Of a DNA stretch of 64,000 nucleotides, positions 1 through 12,043 are shown in pieces (positions within the stretch are counted from its first letter, which is position 1; each line of letters opens with the position of its first letter). The stretch covers positions 62,550,862-62,614,861 of the forward strand of contig NC_057719.1 in NCBI RefSeq assembly GCF_004010195.1, in the 5' to 3' direction. The position numbers and the translations under genes were made by a program. The notes beneath the pieces are model-generated. The model did not search any database. It was not told the DNA's origin and was given only the letters and a program-made list of their open reading frames with translations. This stretch comes from Chiloscyllium plagiosum (Eukaryota).

Positions 1-440
1 TGGGGGAGGTAGGACAATGTGTTGGAGAGCTGGTGTTTGGCTTCTGTGATACAGAGGTCCGCCGTCCAGATGAGCACTGCCCAGCCTTTGTCAGCAGGTT
101 TGATGGTGAAACAGGAATTAGTGCGGAGTGAGTGGAGCGCTGCATGTTCGGAAGAGATGAAGTTGGAGTGGGGTGGAGAAATCAAGGTGCCGATGTCACG
201 TCGGCAGTCAGCAATGCAGAGGTCTAGGGCGGATAAGAAGCCTGGAGGGGGAGTCCAAGAGAAAGAGGAAAGTTGGAGGCAGAAGAAAGGGTCATCGGAG
301 GGTCTTTGTCAAAGAAGAAGGAACGGAAGCATCGGAAGAAGAGCTCCACACCGTACCGGGCACAGATCTTGCTAAGGTGGGTGCAGAGGGGCACAAACGG
401 GCGCCCTTTACTGAGGACAGACCGTTTGGCCTCTGAATTA
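1..440 (-). mobile_element. Penelope-like element, N-terminal/pre-RT ORF fragment (decayed)
   Basis: The minus strand translates to SEAKRSVLSKGRPFVP...VELFFRCFRSFFF and FTIKPADKGWAVLIWTADL. These match the PLE motifs LSKGL.FVP and IKPADKGGAVVV. Confidence 0.85.
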
Positions 441-860
441 GAGTTCCCAGTCACTGCCCGTTTCAATTCCACTACCCACTCCCTCTCCTCTATTGCCACA
501 ATGAATCAGACCGCAAATTAGAGGAACAACACCTCACCTTCTGCCTGGAAAACTCAACATTGAGTTCTCCAATTTCAAATAACCTCCCTTCCCATCCTCG
601 ATTCCCTCTCCACTCTGCCTCCTCCCTTTCTTCCAGCTACCAACCAGATTCATCGCTGCTATCGACAAACCAGGTCGTACTCACACCTGTGTTCACCTAT
701 CACTACCTCATCATTCTGACCCTCACCCCTCCTCCTTCACCTGCACCTCCGTCTTCCCCTATCCCCAGTCCTGAAGAAAGGTTATACTTGAAACATTGAC
801 TTCTCCACCTCCTGAAGCTGCCTGGCTTGCTGTGTTCTTCCAGCCTCCTGTTTGTCCACT
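441..860 (+). mobile_element. Penelope-like element 3' end (GIY-YIG C-terminus and pseudo-LTR with a degenerate hammerhead)
   Basis: Translates to FPVTARFNSTTHS...RKLEEQHLTFCL...NIEFSNFK*. A hammerhead-like agtc-CTGAAGA-aaggttatactt-GAAAcatt-gact follows at about 766-801. Confidence 0.8.
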
Positions 861-1894
861 TGAGGGATCTAACACAGCAGACTATTTGCATATGGAGAAT
901 TTCCTAACACACTCTTTAACCAAGAGTCCAGACCTATATACTTTTCAGCTAGGTGTGCCTGGATGAAGTGCAGAAATCCTCATCTTGTGAGATAGAGGAC
1001 TGACTTAGAGAATTATCATTGTTGCCCCAGTTTAAATTGGTGAATGTTGCAAATTAAGGTTTGTACCGAAGACTGTTCTGATCTCATCGAATCAAATGCC
1101 CATTTTGAAATGTGTTCACAAAATGAACCATCAAAGCATCCCACTAAGCAAATATTTATTCTGATATAGCTAATGGTTCTCAAACACCAACAGAGTTGCT
1201 ACCTTTTTTGCTATGACTTTGAATGATCTGTGCAGCGATTTAAATCAATAAAGTATTTATAACTATTGTTTCCTCTGTTGGTATCTGAATTCTTTGCATA
1301 AGATAGATGTTTGAAAGCCTGTGGATTTAATGATAAAAAGTGTTGCGAGAAGTGAAAGAAGATGTGTCTGAACCTAAGGGGATTGTAGTCAAATTGGTAA
1401 ACAACATGGGTCTCATAAATCATTGTCATTTGAAGTTGAATTGTTTGGGAAATGAAAGCTTTTGGGAGGCAGGGATCATTTTTGCATTTTGCATCTGACA
1501 AGCAATTTGGAGCTCTGGAAACAGTGAGGTACCCACTTCGGCACTTGGCAATAAGGATGATTTTGATTAAATTTGTGTATGTGATGCTGACAAGTCTTCA
1601 GGTGAAAACATAGTGGAATTTGGATGCTTTGTAAAAGTTTCAAGTTCTAACGTTGCTTTATCTCAGAAAATTAAACTCAGAGTGTTGGGTCCAAGTGAAC
1701 TTGGAAGCTACGGTGACTAGTTTTGTGTGTCGTCAGGTGACAAGGGCAGTTTTACAGTGGAATGGACACGGCCAAGATTGGACTCTCCTTTCCCCATTTG
1801 AGACCCTTAACAGAGAAATTGATGACACTTAAAAAGCAATTTTTAGACTGACAGAAAGGGTTGAAGGCCAATTGGAAAGGGTCTTCTCTCCCCT

Positions 1895-2105
1895 TCAGTC
1901 GGTCCAGTGGGACTATTTGTTCTTTCCAGCCTGGCAGCTAGACACACCATTGTTCTGCCATTCTTACATTCCCAACACTTAATCTACACTTGCAGCATCC
2001 TTTCTCCCTCAGTACTCTACCCTCCACACCATTGCATAAATGCTGTTCTCTCTACACCTCATGTCAGCTCTGATGAAAGGGCATCTAGACTCAACACATT
2101 CGATT
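1895..2105 (+). mobile_element. Penelope pseudo-LTR fragment with a degenerate hammerhead
   Basis: cagct-CTGATGA-aagggcatctagactc-aacacatt at about 2066-2100, preceded by pyrimidine-rich pLTR-like sequence. Confidence 0.55.
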
Positions 2106-2289
2106 GGAAATGGTCCTTTGTCAGGACTTTGCTGAGAAAGGGAAAGGGGTAACCTCCCATCTGCAATTTGTTTTCAAGTTGGACAACAACCCCCACCCCC
2201 ACCCCACCATCCCCAACCAACAAAACACACTCTGGCAGGTGCTCCTTATCTCCCCCCTTCCCCCGGGTCCTTCAGTAAACTACCACCCC

Positions 2290-2551
2290 CGCCAGGGATC
2301 CGGGTTCGATTCCAATCTCGGACCACAGTCCATATGGAATTTACACATATGTCTGTGTGGATGTTCCGGTTTCTTCCCACAGTCCAAAGATGTGCAGGCT
2401 AGGTGAATTAGCCATGCTAAATTGTCCATTTTGTTCAGGGATGTGTAGGTTAAGTGTATTAGTCAGAGATAAATGTAGAGTATTAGGGTTGGGGAATGGG
2501 TTACTCTTCAGAGGGTTGGTGTGGACTTGTTGGGCTAAAGGGATTCTATGA
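2290..2551 (+). mobile_element. HE1-like V-SINE, decayed
   Basis: B-box gggttcgattcc, V-domain ccggtttcttcccacagtccaaagatgtgcagg, and a CR1-like tail. Confidence 0.85.
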
Positions 2552-4014
2552 CTGAACCATTAAGAAAGCAGTCTTGTGGTCCTGTGGGACTTTAATTATC
2601 CAAACTTCAATTGTCTTCGGCTAGAGCTGAGAGCAGTAGAGCTTTAACTGCATGGATTGTATTGAACTGTTGTAAAATCTTCCATATTGGAATGAAAAGT
2701 AATTAATTTCTCTGCCTCTTTCTTTCTCTCACACAATGTTGGATCCATGTTATCCATTCAACAAGTGATTGAAGACTGATGTAACCTTGCAGATGTAAGA
2801 TTTAAAACATTGAGTAACAATTTCAAGTCACCTGGATGTTAGAACACATCCCAGTACTTGTGCTGGGTTTTCTGCCTTGCCTCCATTCGCTCAATGGCCA
2901 GATGGAGATCAAACATTCACCTCATGTAGAAAGCTGGTTCTCATTGTTTCACTGGTTTCACCTTCAGCTCTTTTTTTCATTCCTAAGTAACTGTCTTTTT
3001 TAAAAAAGACTCTCAAAATGTTTCAAATGCATTTTGTAAAAGTTGCGTTTTGTGATCTGCCCCAAGGTTGCGGGGGAATAAAATAGTGCTGATTGTACTT
3101 GGACCTTTTTGAAGCTCATGTTTCCTGTTTTTCTTACATTTCCACCTGATTCAGCTCAATTACTATGGGATTAGTCTGCATTTTACAATTAACCCATATC
3201 TACATGTCAGAGGCTCCGGACGGGTCTGTCAGGAGGCAGTTTGTGTTGATCCACTTAACGATGTGGACTGGCCAGTTACCCAAAAGAGTTAGAGAATTAA
3301 TTCATCAATAGTTCCATAAAAAGCCCATTATCGGTTTCTCTGGTCTTTTGTTATATGTATCGGTCTCAACTGAAAGGCTAACATCAGACCGTCTCTGGTT
3401 TGATGTAATCTCCTTGTTTGGAAAGTTATTCTATTGAGCAGCTTTCCAGATCTCATTTACTGGAGTACATGTGTCGATTGCTGATTTATCCCCAGTGTTG
3501 ACAAGTAGATTTTTGCAGAAGGATCACTGAAGTTCACTTGTGATGTATCTAGTAGACCATGGGTATTGGGATCTATGTTTGTAACTTGATAATACCTTAA
3601 TAATCCATTGGCAGCCTCCAAAGGAATCGACATAGTGTCAAGCAAACATTTATCGTTTTTGAACCTCTTTGGAGCTTTTAGGTTGCATTTACAGAGTATA
3701 GTTGTTCATTTAGCATTGAGACTTATTCATGTCTCTTGATATTTTCAAGATGTGATCAAAATTACTTCTTATCGTTTTCAAGACAGTCTCATTCTGCTTC
3801 ACAAAGCTGCTTTAAGTCCAGGAATTATCTTTGACAGTCTCAGTTCTTAGTAACACATATTTTTGTTCTGTCTGAAGATGCAATGCTTGAATTCCAGTGT
3901 CAAGAACAACAATTTCCATATGTTAGAAAGACACATTCTAGTACCTTCAAGGTGAAAATATTTCTGAAAGACATTAGATACACATTTTAAACAGTCAGCC
4001 TGTTCTGCCTGTTC

Positions 4015-4095
4015 AGAATTGTTACTACACACCTCTGGAGCAGGTGGGTCTTGAATTTGGGCCTCCCAGCTCAGAGGTAGGTGAACTACCACTGT
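4015..4095 (-). mobile_element. tRNA-derived SINE head fragment
   Basis: The minus strand reads cagtggtagttcacctacctctgagctgggaggcccaaattcaagaccc, resembling A and B boxes. Confidence 0.5.
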
Positions 4096-4639
4096 ATCAA
4101 AGGCTTCTTTTTACTGACTGCCAGGCTATAGAGATTTTGAACAGGACCTAAGTATTTGCATCAAAAAGTCACCCATTCAGGAGGGAGCATGAGCTTTTCT
4201 AGTGGAAAACATTTCCAGAAGTAACGCAATTGTTTAATAATTCACTGAGATAAGGTTTGCCCATTTCTACGAGAAACAAATACAGTGTAATTGTCAGTAA
4301 CAAATAGGTATTAAAGTTCGTGATTTTCTTCAGATTCATCAACAGTGCTGTCAGGAAACAGTGAAGCCTGATGAGGCATTACAATTGCTGCTCGAATGAT
4401 CCAATGTAGGGGGAAAAATGCACTTGACTTGATGTCTTCTGGAATGCAGTGTTTGGTTGTGGTGTCCTCATGTAATGGGAGATATAAAATGCTAGAGGGT
4501 TATCATTATAGCACATAACCAAAAAGTCTTCAATGAAAACAAAAGATAGTAGAATGAACTTGTTATTTGTTGAATAAAACTTTATGGTTGCTTGTTGGCT
4601 GATAGGTGAGGTGAAATCAAGGCATATACATGCAACACA

Positions 4640-4870
4640 CAAGGGCAACAGATGTGTGGCAACCAGCACCACCAAGTTCCATGTCACTACAAACGCCACC
4701 CTGATATCAGCACATATTATTGGACTTATTCCTTCATTATCAGTAAGTCAAGGAGCTGAAATGTCCCACTGAATAGCACTGTGGAGCTATCCTCATTGGG
4801 CAGACTGCAACAGTTGATTTCCCACCACATTGAGGACAAATGGGCCTTGTTGATGATAATCACCACAGTA
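4640..4870 (+). mobile_element. 3' end of CR1/L2-group LINE ('family B'), old copy
   Basis: Similar to the in-window copy at about 52070-52320 (agggcaacagatg...accacc...aagttcc...). Confidence 0.55.
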
Positions 4871-6867
4871 GAATATCCCAGTTTGCTACTGACTCCTGAG
4901 ATACAGGATGACAAATCCTAGTCTTGCCAACCAGAAGAAGAATTTCATAATCCACTCTTGATTTCTCAGATTTTTACTTTGGTCAAAGTATTAGTTGCCC
5001 TCTTGAGTTATAATTTTACTGAACATTCAGCATTTGGGAGTCAGCAACATTACAGGAATGAGAAAAGGTGGAGAATAACCATACTGACCAAAGATACTGT
5101 TAAGAGTACTTGATTCACAGAATAATAGAGGAACCACTGGCATCAACTTATAGATCACCAAAGAGAAGTGAAACACAATTAATAACTCTCAAAAGGGAGT
5201 TAGTTACGAATTTGAGGGGAGGAATTTGCAGGAATACGAGAGAATTGAGACTGATTGATTGGATAGTTCTTTTGAAGAGACCACATATACATGATGGCCA
5301 AATTGTCATCACCTGTGGTGTTATACTAAATTGTTTCACAATATCCGAGTGAAAGACCAAACACTTGTTTCAGACCTCTTTGTAGCGACCTCTCCTTCAG
5401 AACAGACGGGTCTGCACTCCGGCAAGCCAACTGTAAGCACTGCCTTCGATAAAATAGAGTTAAAATGCTGTCACACAGATGATGCTGTACCCAGGCGATC
5501 CTAATCACAACAATCCCTGCTCCCCCTGTTCTCCCACTTTAAACTTAAATGAACTTGGGCCAAATACACTACTCTTGACTTTCTACGGCTATGATTCAAG
5601 CCAGGGACTTCTCCCCTGGTGAAAAACTAGGGGATTAAATGAAAAAGGAATGGATAATAGAGGGCCCACTCTCTTTCAATTGTACTGACGAGCCATTTAT
5701 TTATTTTAGCTTTATCTGCTTGTTATATTTATGCTGGTTTCCACGGTGATGAAATGATTCACAGCACAGACACGATACCATGACTGCTTCAGCTGTACTC
5801 GGTTGCAAGTATCTCCGACTTAGCACCTTTTTTGTTTTTTTTAAACTTTATTTGTTAATTGATTTTCTTCAAGGCCTTGTTTGCGCAGGGTCGATTTGAG
5901 ATCTGTCTGGCATCTGATTGTATTATGATTCTGTTCATGTTGTGCTTCACGTGCATCACTGTGGATTGACATCTTGGAAACATTGTGGCATTTCTGATTT
6001 CCAACTGGTGCTTGAAATTGGTTTGAATGAAAATGGGAAGACAAAATTACCGTGCGCAAGGGAATGAGATGCAGTAATGTCAGGTGCAGGCTGCTGTGGT
6101 GTTGCATTGGAATAACATTGCATGATTTGGGGCGACAAGCTGTTTTCTAGTTTAAGAAACTGAAAACCTTTTTGATTAATGGAAGTAGCAATTTCACAGG
6201 CAACGGAAGTCAGAATGGAAAGGGGGAGGTTCACAGCAAAACTGCTTTCATAAAATAACATTGAGACAGTTTGACATGCTCTTGGTGATGCTTCTTTGAT
6301 GTGCTATACCAGCGTTTTAAAGAAATCCTTGAGGATGTTGTGCCACCAATGGATTCAGCTATTTTATCTATTTGAAACTAAATTCAAAATGTTTATCCTC
6401 TAAATGTTTTGCTGAACACTTAAATACGTGCACACATTGTATTTATGGCAGTAGAAAAATTGTCCTGATGATTTTGAGACCCCATTTTACTACATGTCTC
6501 TCAAGATCAGGCCAGTGGCTTGTTTCTGTCCTTGTGGCCTTGAGTTCACTTTCCTTTCCCCTCCTTTTCCTGATTGCCAAGTTCACTTACTGCAGCAGTT
6601 ATCTAATGAATGGGCAAACACCCATTCTTTAGCTCGAAACCAGCTTTGTACTTAGTTATTTTCACCAGAGGATCCGTTTCTGATCGTTGTCCACCATCTT
6701 GCATTGCCTGCTTAACCCCATTTGATGTGAGCTTTTTAATTTGTTCGTGGGAGGTAGGCATTTGCATTTATTGCTCATCCTTAACTAAATAGTCTGTTAG
6801 GCCATTTCAGATGGCAGTTCAAACGAAGCCCACCATATTTTCTGTGGGTGTAGAGTAACATAACAAT

Positions 6868-7012
6868 ATGGATAGGTATATGAATAAGAAGGGTTTGGAG
6901 GGATATGGGTCGGGTGTTGGTAGGTGGGACTAGATTGGGTTGGGATATCTGGTCAGTATGGATGGGTTGGACCAAAGGGTCTGTTTCCATGCTGTACACC
7001 TCTATGACTCTA
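6868..7012 (+). mobile_element. CR1/HER1 LINE 3' end
   Basis: gagggatatggg...gggactagattgggttgggatatctggtc...ctctatgactcta. Closely similar to 45085-45248, 46012-46176 and the reverse complement at 50421. Confidence 0.9.
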
Positions 7013-7442
7013 CGTTGATGAATATAATAATCTAATGAAATAGTTTTGAGTTGAAAAATTAGAGCTGATTCCTAATGTTAATGTAGATATAATCATATGT
7101 TTGTCCACTGGGAAAAAAGGGTGTCAGTGGGGTAATTTATCTGCTTAGCCTAGGCCTGCGAAAATGGGGGAGACTTATACACTGCAATGTATATTAAATA
7201 GGGAGTGACAGTGGTGAGGGTTGGTAACCGGAAGAGAGAGATTCAGGATGACTGACACAAGAATCAACTGCAGTTTAAGTAAACATTAAGCAGTGATTTG
7301 TGATCTGGAATGCATTGCCTGAAAGGCTGCTGGCAGATTTACTGATGGTGATGGGTTGATTCACACGCAGGCAACTTATCCAACTGAGCTATCTGGTTCC
7401 CCTTATCACACCGAGCACCAGTTAATTTGGCATATCCTGACT

Positions 7443-7484
7443 AGGTCAGTTGCTGGTACCAGGTCAGTTGCTGGTACCAGGTCA
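7443..7484. repeat. 18-bp tandem duplication
   Basis: aggtcagttgctggtacc occurs twice, followed by aggtca. Confidence 0.9.
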
Positions 7485-7772
7485 TGCAGGGGTTACATTT
7501 CTTTCTTCCGGTGTTGTCAGCAGTCTTGGGAAGAGGCTTGAATTTTATTTGCAAATTGATTTGTGCATTTCACAAAGAAAAACTAATTGGATTATTAGTT
7601 TATCATTTGCAGTCTCTCAGTCGACCCTAAAGCAGAGTGCTGGAAGGTGTCAGTGGGTCAGGCAGTATCTGAGGAGAGAGAAACTGAGGTTGAATTCTGC
7701 TAACCTCTAGGGTGGCCAGTAGGGTTTGTGGGGGATCAGGAATATAATAGGACAGCTGGTGGCTCAAGGTTA

Positions 7773-7959
7773 GAGACAAAAAAAAACTGCAGATGCTGAA
7801 ATCCAAAGTAGACAGGTAAGAGGCTGGAAGAACACAGCAAGCCAGGTGGCATCAGGATGTGGAGAAGTTGACATTTTGGATGTAACCTAAAAAAGGGTTA
7901 CTTCTCCACCTCCTGATGCTGCCTGGCTTGCTGTGTTCTTCCAGCCTCCTGCCTGTCTA
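7773..7959. mobile_element. Palindromic Penelope pLTR-derived insert
   Basis: Arms of about 60 bp (7809-7868 and 7900-7959) are reverse complements. The right arm matches the PLE 3' end at 799-857. Confidence 0.8.
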
Positions 7960-8984
7960 AGCTAGTGACCCAGCTTTCTCTGAGAAGGCAGGAAAGTGAG
8001 TGGTCACCATAGCAGTCAATGTATATGAGCAGGGCCTTATTGAGGGATGATTTTACCATCTTGTTGTCACTTTGCCAATAGTGCAGTCGTCCACCACTAT
8101 GTGTGGAGACTTGCAGCTCACTGGAAACACCCTTGCATTTGGGGGAGCATTTGGAGTTAGAGGTTCTGCTCAATGCCAAGTTACTAAATGGCTGCACCTC
8201 TGGCAGGGCCTATTACTGTGGCTTTCCCTCTCCATTCTAAGCACCGTAATTCATGTTACGTTCAACACTCTGGGCTGCAGGAGTCCAGATTCTTCCCTGC
8301 ATTGTTCAGTTCTCTGACAGCAGAGCTGCCAATCCTTCAGCCATGAGTAGCTTCCTAATAACTGCCCAGAATTCTTAGACAACCCACGATTCTTAATTGG
8401 ACTCTGAGCGCAAAGGAAGCAAACTGAGAATTAACTGACAGAAAAATAACTCTACCTGTCAACTTTCTTAGAGGATTGGGATCCACAATTGATCTTGATG
8501 CCTGTATCTTGAAGGCTGCAAAAGTGCTTTGACAATTTTGATCTCTGACCTGGGACAGACCTTGCCTTCATGGCTACCCAAGAAGTGTTGTTGAATGACT
8601 ATGTGGAGAGTAATAAAGGTAGGCTTTTAGTTCTGCGAGATATGGCTCCACTTGGAGCTGACACTGATTTCTAGAGAAAACTTAATAGCCGCCTTGGGTG
8701 GTCAGTTGTTGAAGCGTGTTTCTTATATTTTTCATTTTTTCTTTTGTCCTTTTAATTTTTATCTCCCCAATTGTGAAGGCCAGGTCTTTTTTACTTTTTC
8801 TGTATTTTGATTGTAATGGAAATATTACTATTTAAAAATTGAGGATTGCTGAGGGATTGCTACATTTGTTGAAAACAAGTAACCAGTTACTCATTATAAA
8901 CACTTTACACAGTTGGGGTAGGCAATGGTCTAGTGGTATTATCGCTGAACTGTTAATCCAGAGAACGGTACTGTTCTGGGAACA

Positions 8985-9150
8985 ATTACAGTATTTAGAA
9001 GATCTTGGACAGATACATAGATAGGAAAGGTTTAAAGTGATATGGGTCAAATACGGACACATAGTACTAGTTTAGTTTGGGAAACTTGGTCAGCGTGGGT
9101 GAGTTGGGCTAAAGGGTCTGTTTCTGTTCTAAGTGACTCTAGGGTGACTA
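8985..9150 (+). mobile_element. CR1 LINE 3' end
   Basis: ttggacagatacatagatagg...gggctaaagggtctgtttctg...tgactcta. Confidence 0.75.
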
Positions 9151-10232
9151 TAATGGGATGAGGAAGGAGTTGGCTAAATTAGACTGGAGACACAGGTTAA
9201 ATGGTGGAACCGTGGTGGACGTTCAGAGATTTTTCACAGTACTCATGGGAAGTATATTCCAGTCAAAAACAAGGATAGCAAGAGTAGGAAGAGGCAGCCT
9301 TGGATAACCAAGGAAATAAAGGAAGGCATCTAATTAAAAGCTCAGGCTTACAAAGTAGCCAAGAGTAGTGGGAAACAGGAAGATTGGGAAAACTTTAAAA
9401 AGCAATGAAGAACCATGAAGCAACCAATAAAGAAAGAAAGATAGAACTGCCACAAAATTTAAAAACAAGTCGGAGAAGTTTTTATATAAAATGGAAGATG
9501 CTGGTGAAAGTGCATGTAGTGCCGTTGCAGGAAGAGAACGGGGAATTAATATTAGGTAATGCTGAATCAGCCAAGACTTGAATAACATTTGTGTGTCAGT
9601 CTTCACAGTGAAAGATGTGTCTGACGTGCCAAAGAATGATGATAAGGATACAATGAGAGGTGAGGACCTCAATTCAATTGTTATCACTAAAGGGGTAGTG
9701 TTGAGCAAACTTGAGAGTCTAAAGGTAGATAAGTCCCCTGCTCCTGATGGGATGCATCCCAGGGTGCTGAAAGAAATGATGGGAGTTATAGTAGATGCGT
9801 TAGTGGTATTTTAGCAAAATTCACTGGACTCTGGGCAGGACTTGGCAAACTGGAAGACGGTGAATTAGATTAGATTACATTACAGTGTGGAAACAGGCCC
9901 TTCGGCCCAACAAGTCCACACCGATGGGAGGAAACCGGAGCACCCGGAGGAAACCCACGCAGACACGGGGAGAACGTGCAAACTCCACACCGTCAGTCGC
10001 CTGAGGCGGGAATTGAACCCGGGTCTCCGGCGCTGTGAGGCAGCAGTGCTAACCACTGTGCCACCGTGCCGCCCAAATGTCATGCCGCTGTTGAAAAAGG
10101 GGCATAGTCAAAAGGCAGGTTAACTATAGGCCAGTTAGCTTAACATCTGTAGTTGGGGAAAATGCTTGAGGCTATCGTTAAAGAAGAAATAATGAAACAT
10201 CTGGGTGGAAAAGGTTCCATCAGACAGACGCA
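9150..10232 (+). mobile_element. CR1 ORF2 fragment (endonuclease-RT linker and RT start), interrupted by HE1
   Basis: LKVDKSPAPDGMHPRVLKE...NWKTVN, then after the SINE VMPLLKKG..KAGNYRPVSLTSVVGKMLEAIVKEEI. Confidence 0.9.
9864..10074 (-). mobile_element. HE1 V-SINE with an internal deletion
   Basis: tRNA head gggcggcacggtggcacagtggttagc, V-domain and (AATCT)n tail, all on the minus strand. Confidence 0.95.
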
Positions 10233-10469
10233 GCAAATAGTGCTATTTGAATTCAAACAAAAATCTAGAATTAAAAGGCTAATGGTAAACTCAATCCATT
10301 GTCAGAAAATCCCATTTGGTTCCCTAATGTCCTTATTTGGTCTGGTCCACATGTGACTTCAAACCCACAGCAATATGGTTGACTCTTAAACTACCCTCTG
10401 GGCAATTAGGGAAGGGTAATAAATCTAGCCTAGACAGTAACACCCAGATCCCATGACTGAATTCAAAAA

Positions 10470-11230
10470 AGAAAGAGTTGCTGGGCTTAGCTGTACTGGG
10501 TGATTCACAGATTAGCTGGAGCCAAGGGCCGTGTACAACTGGAGATTCATCAGACAGCCAGTAGCTGATTAGTCAGTGAGTGACCAGTTCCCAGCAACAA
10601 AGGTCATCTTCCTACCAGCAATGATAGGCTTCGTCTCCAGGTAGCTCAACATCTTGGAGCTCTGATTAAGATGGGAGAAACCACCAGATTTTAGCAAGCT
10701 CAACAACTCTTGGTTCCATGCAGATAAAACAGTTTAAATTTGAGGAAAATCAATATATTGTGCCTTTTCAGTTGTAAGCTGAGACTTTGGTCAGTGTGAA
10801 CCAGTCACCTTGTGCCTCCTGCAATCCAGTGAAAGCATCCAGAGAACAATGATTGAGAAGCAATGTTCTGATCAGTGCAAGAATGCTCTCAGCACACTCT
10901 GTAAACAGAGACCACTAAACTAGTTTCCCACTCTTTCTCTCCACCCATAACACTTGTTTTCTGTTTGTGTGTGTGGGTGTTTAAAAGGGGGTTAGAGTTT
11001 TAACTAGTAGTGTTATATGCTGATGGTTCTTCATTATTTACCTATAGTTTAGAGTATATTTATTTTTAGTAAGTAGTAAGTCTTATTAAGTACAGAAACC
11101 TGGTTAGTGCTTTCTGTCAACTTGCACCTGAATTGGAGAATTCCTCATGCTTTTAAGACTCTAATGTTGTTATTCTTCCTGGAATAGCAAGCCTTGATTT
11201 GCAGTATGCTACCCCTGTGAGATCAAAAGA
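10470..11230 (+). mobile_element. Possible solo LTR 3' part (the 5' part may be 8707-8912)
   Basis: LTR-like composition only; a tgttga start at 8707 lies before the nested SINE. No TSD found. Confidence 0.25.
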
Positions 11231-11278
11231 CGAGATTCTTCACCTCTTTTTCTCTCGTCTTTACCAGTTTTATTCTTT

Positions 11279-11284
11279 TCTCTA

Positions 11285-11322
<38 letters not shown>
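11279..11322. repeat. (TCTA)n(TC)n microsatellite
   Basis: Directly visible in the sequence. Confidence 0.95.
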
Positions 11323-11323
<1 letters not shown>

Positions 11324-12043
11324 TCCACCTTCTCTTTTATTTTATTACTGTTTGTCTGTTCAGTGATGTCACCTTCTCCCCAGATGGTGGCCTGTCAATG
11401 ACCTCCACCTCTGTGTATCTGATTCTTCTTTATTCCACAAAGGTCAACTGCGTCCGGTCCATCCTATCAGTCATCCATTTTTACATCTGCTTCCCTCCTC
11501 CTTTTTCCATCAATCTTTCCCTTCAACAAATGTTTCTTTGACTACCATCTGTGGTATTGATGTGTTTGAAATATTGTGTCCTTCTCTGTTTGATGTTATG
11601 CGCGAGTTTCCTCTTTATCTCCAGCCACTTTCTCATTTGACTTTCGATCTGTACGCGATGTGCAGAACTTCCTCATACATGCGCTTTTTCAAATATTTTC
11701 AGCTTATCTCATTGTGTATTTATATTTTTTCCTCATTTACTGCATTTCTGTACTATGATCCTTTGTTTACGGTAATAGTTACAGTTAATTAGCTGAAATC
11801 TTCACCATGCCACCCCCTCCCATCAACCATGTATTCACTGATGTGTTGTCTATTTATATCTCTTCTCCATGGAAGAAAAACAAGCTGAATATAATACCAT
11901 AGTGATTTAATGTCTTTCAGATCAAAAGTGATAAAATGAGATGATACAGGATTCAAACATCGGAACCAAAATGAAATAAAGCTACTTTTCAAATAACAAT
12001 GTGATTTACGTATAAATTAAACTTCACGTAAATTTACTTGGTG

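Larger units (their letters stand above)
870..4527 (-). pseudogene. Possible decayed large coding exon of unknown identity, interrupted by repeats
   Basis: A polypyrimidine tract and AG at 4529-4528 (minus strand) is followed by protein-like frames with sparse stops, e.g. SAFFPLHWIIRAAIVMPHQASLFPDSTVDESEENHEL*...IIKQLRYFWKCFPLEKLMLPPEWVTF*. I do not recognise a homolog. Confidence 0.35.
8913..10462 (+). mobile_element. tRNA-SINE with a LINE family B tail, split (8913-8982 and about 10235-10462) by nested CR1 and HE1 insertions
   Basis: The head ggcaatggtctagtggtattatcgctgaactgttaatccagag and the body/tail ...gggcaattagggaagggtaataaat match the minus-strand copy at 15325-15621. Confidence 0.7.

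Noticed and set aside
9880..10123. Recurrent ORFs such as CGRKPEHPEETHADTGR and LWEETGAPRGNP as a gene family
   Set aside because: These are chance translations of the HE1 V-SINE and recur at every copy.
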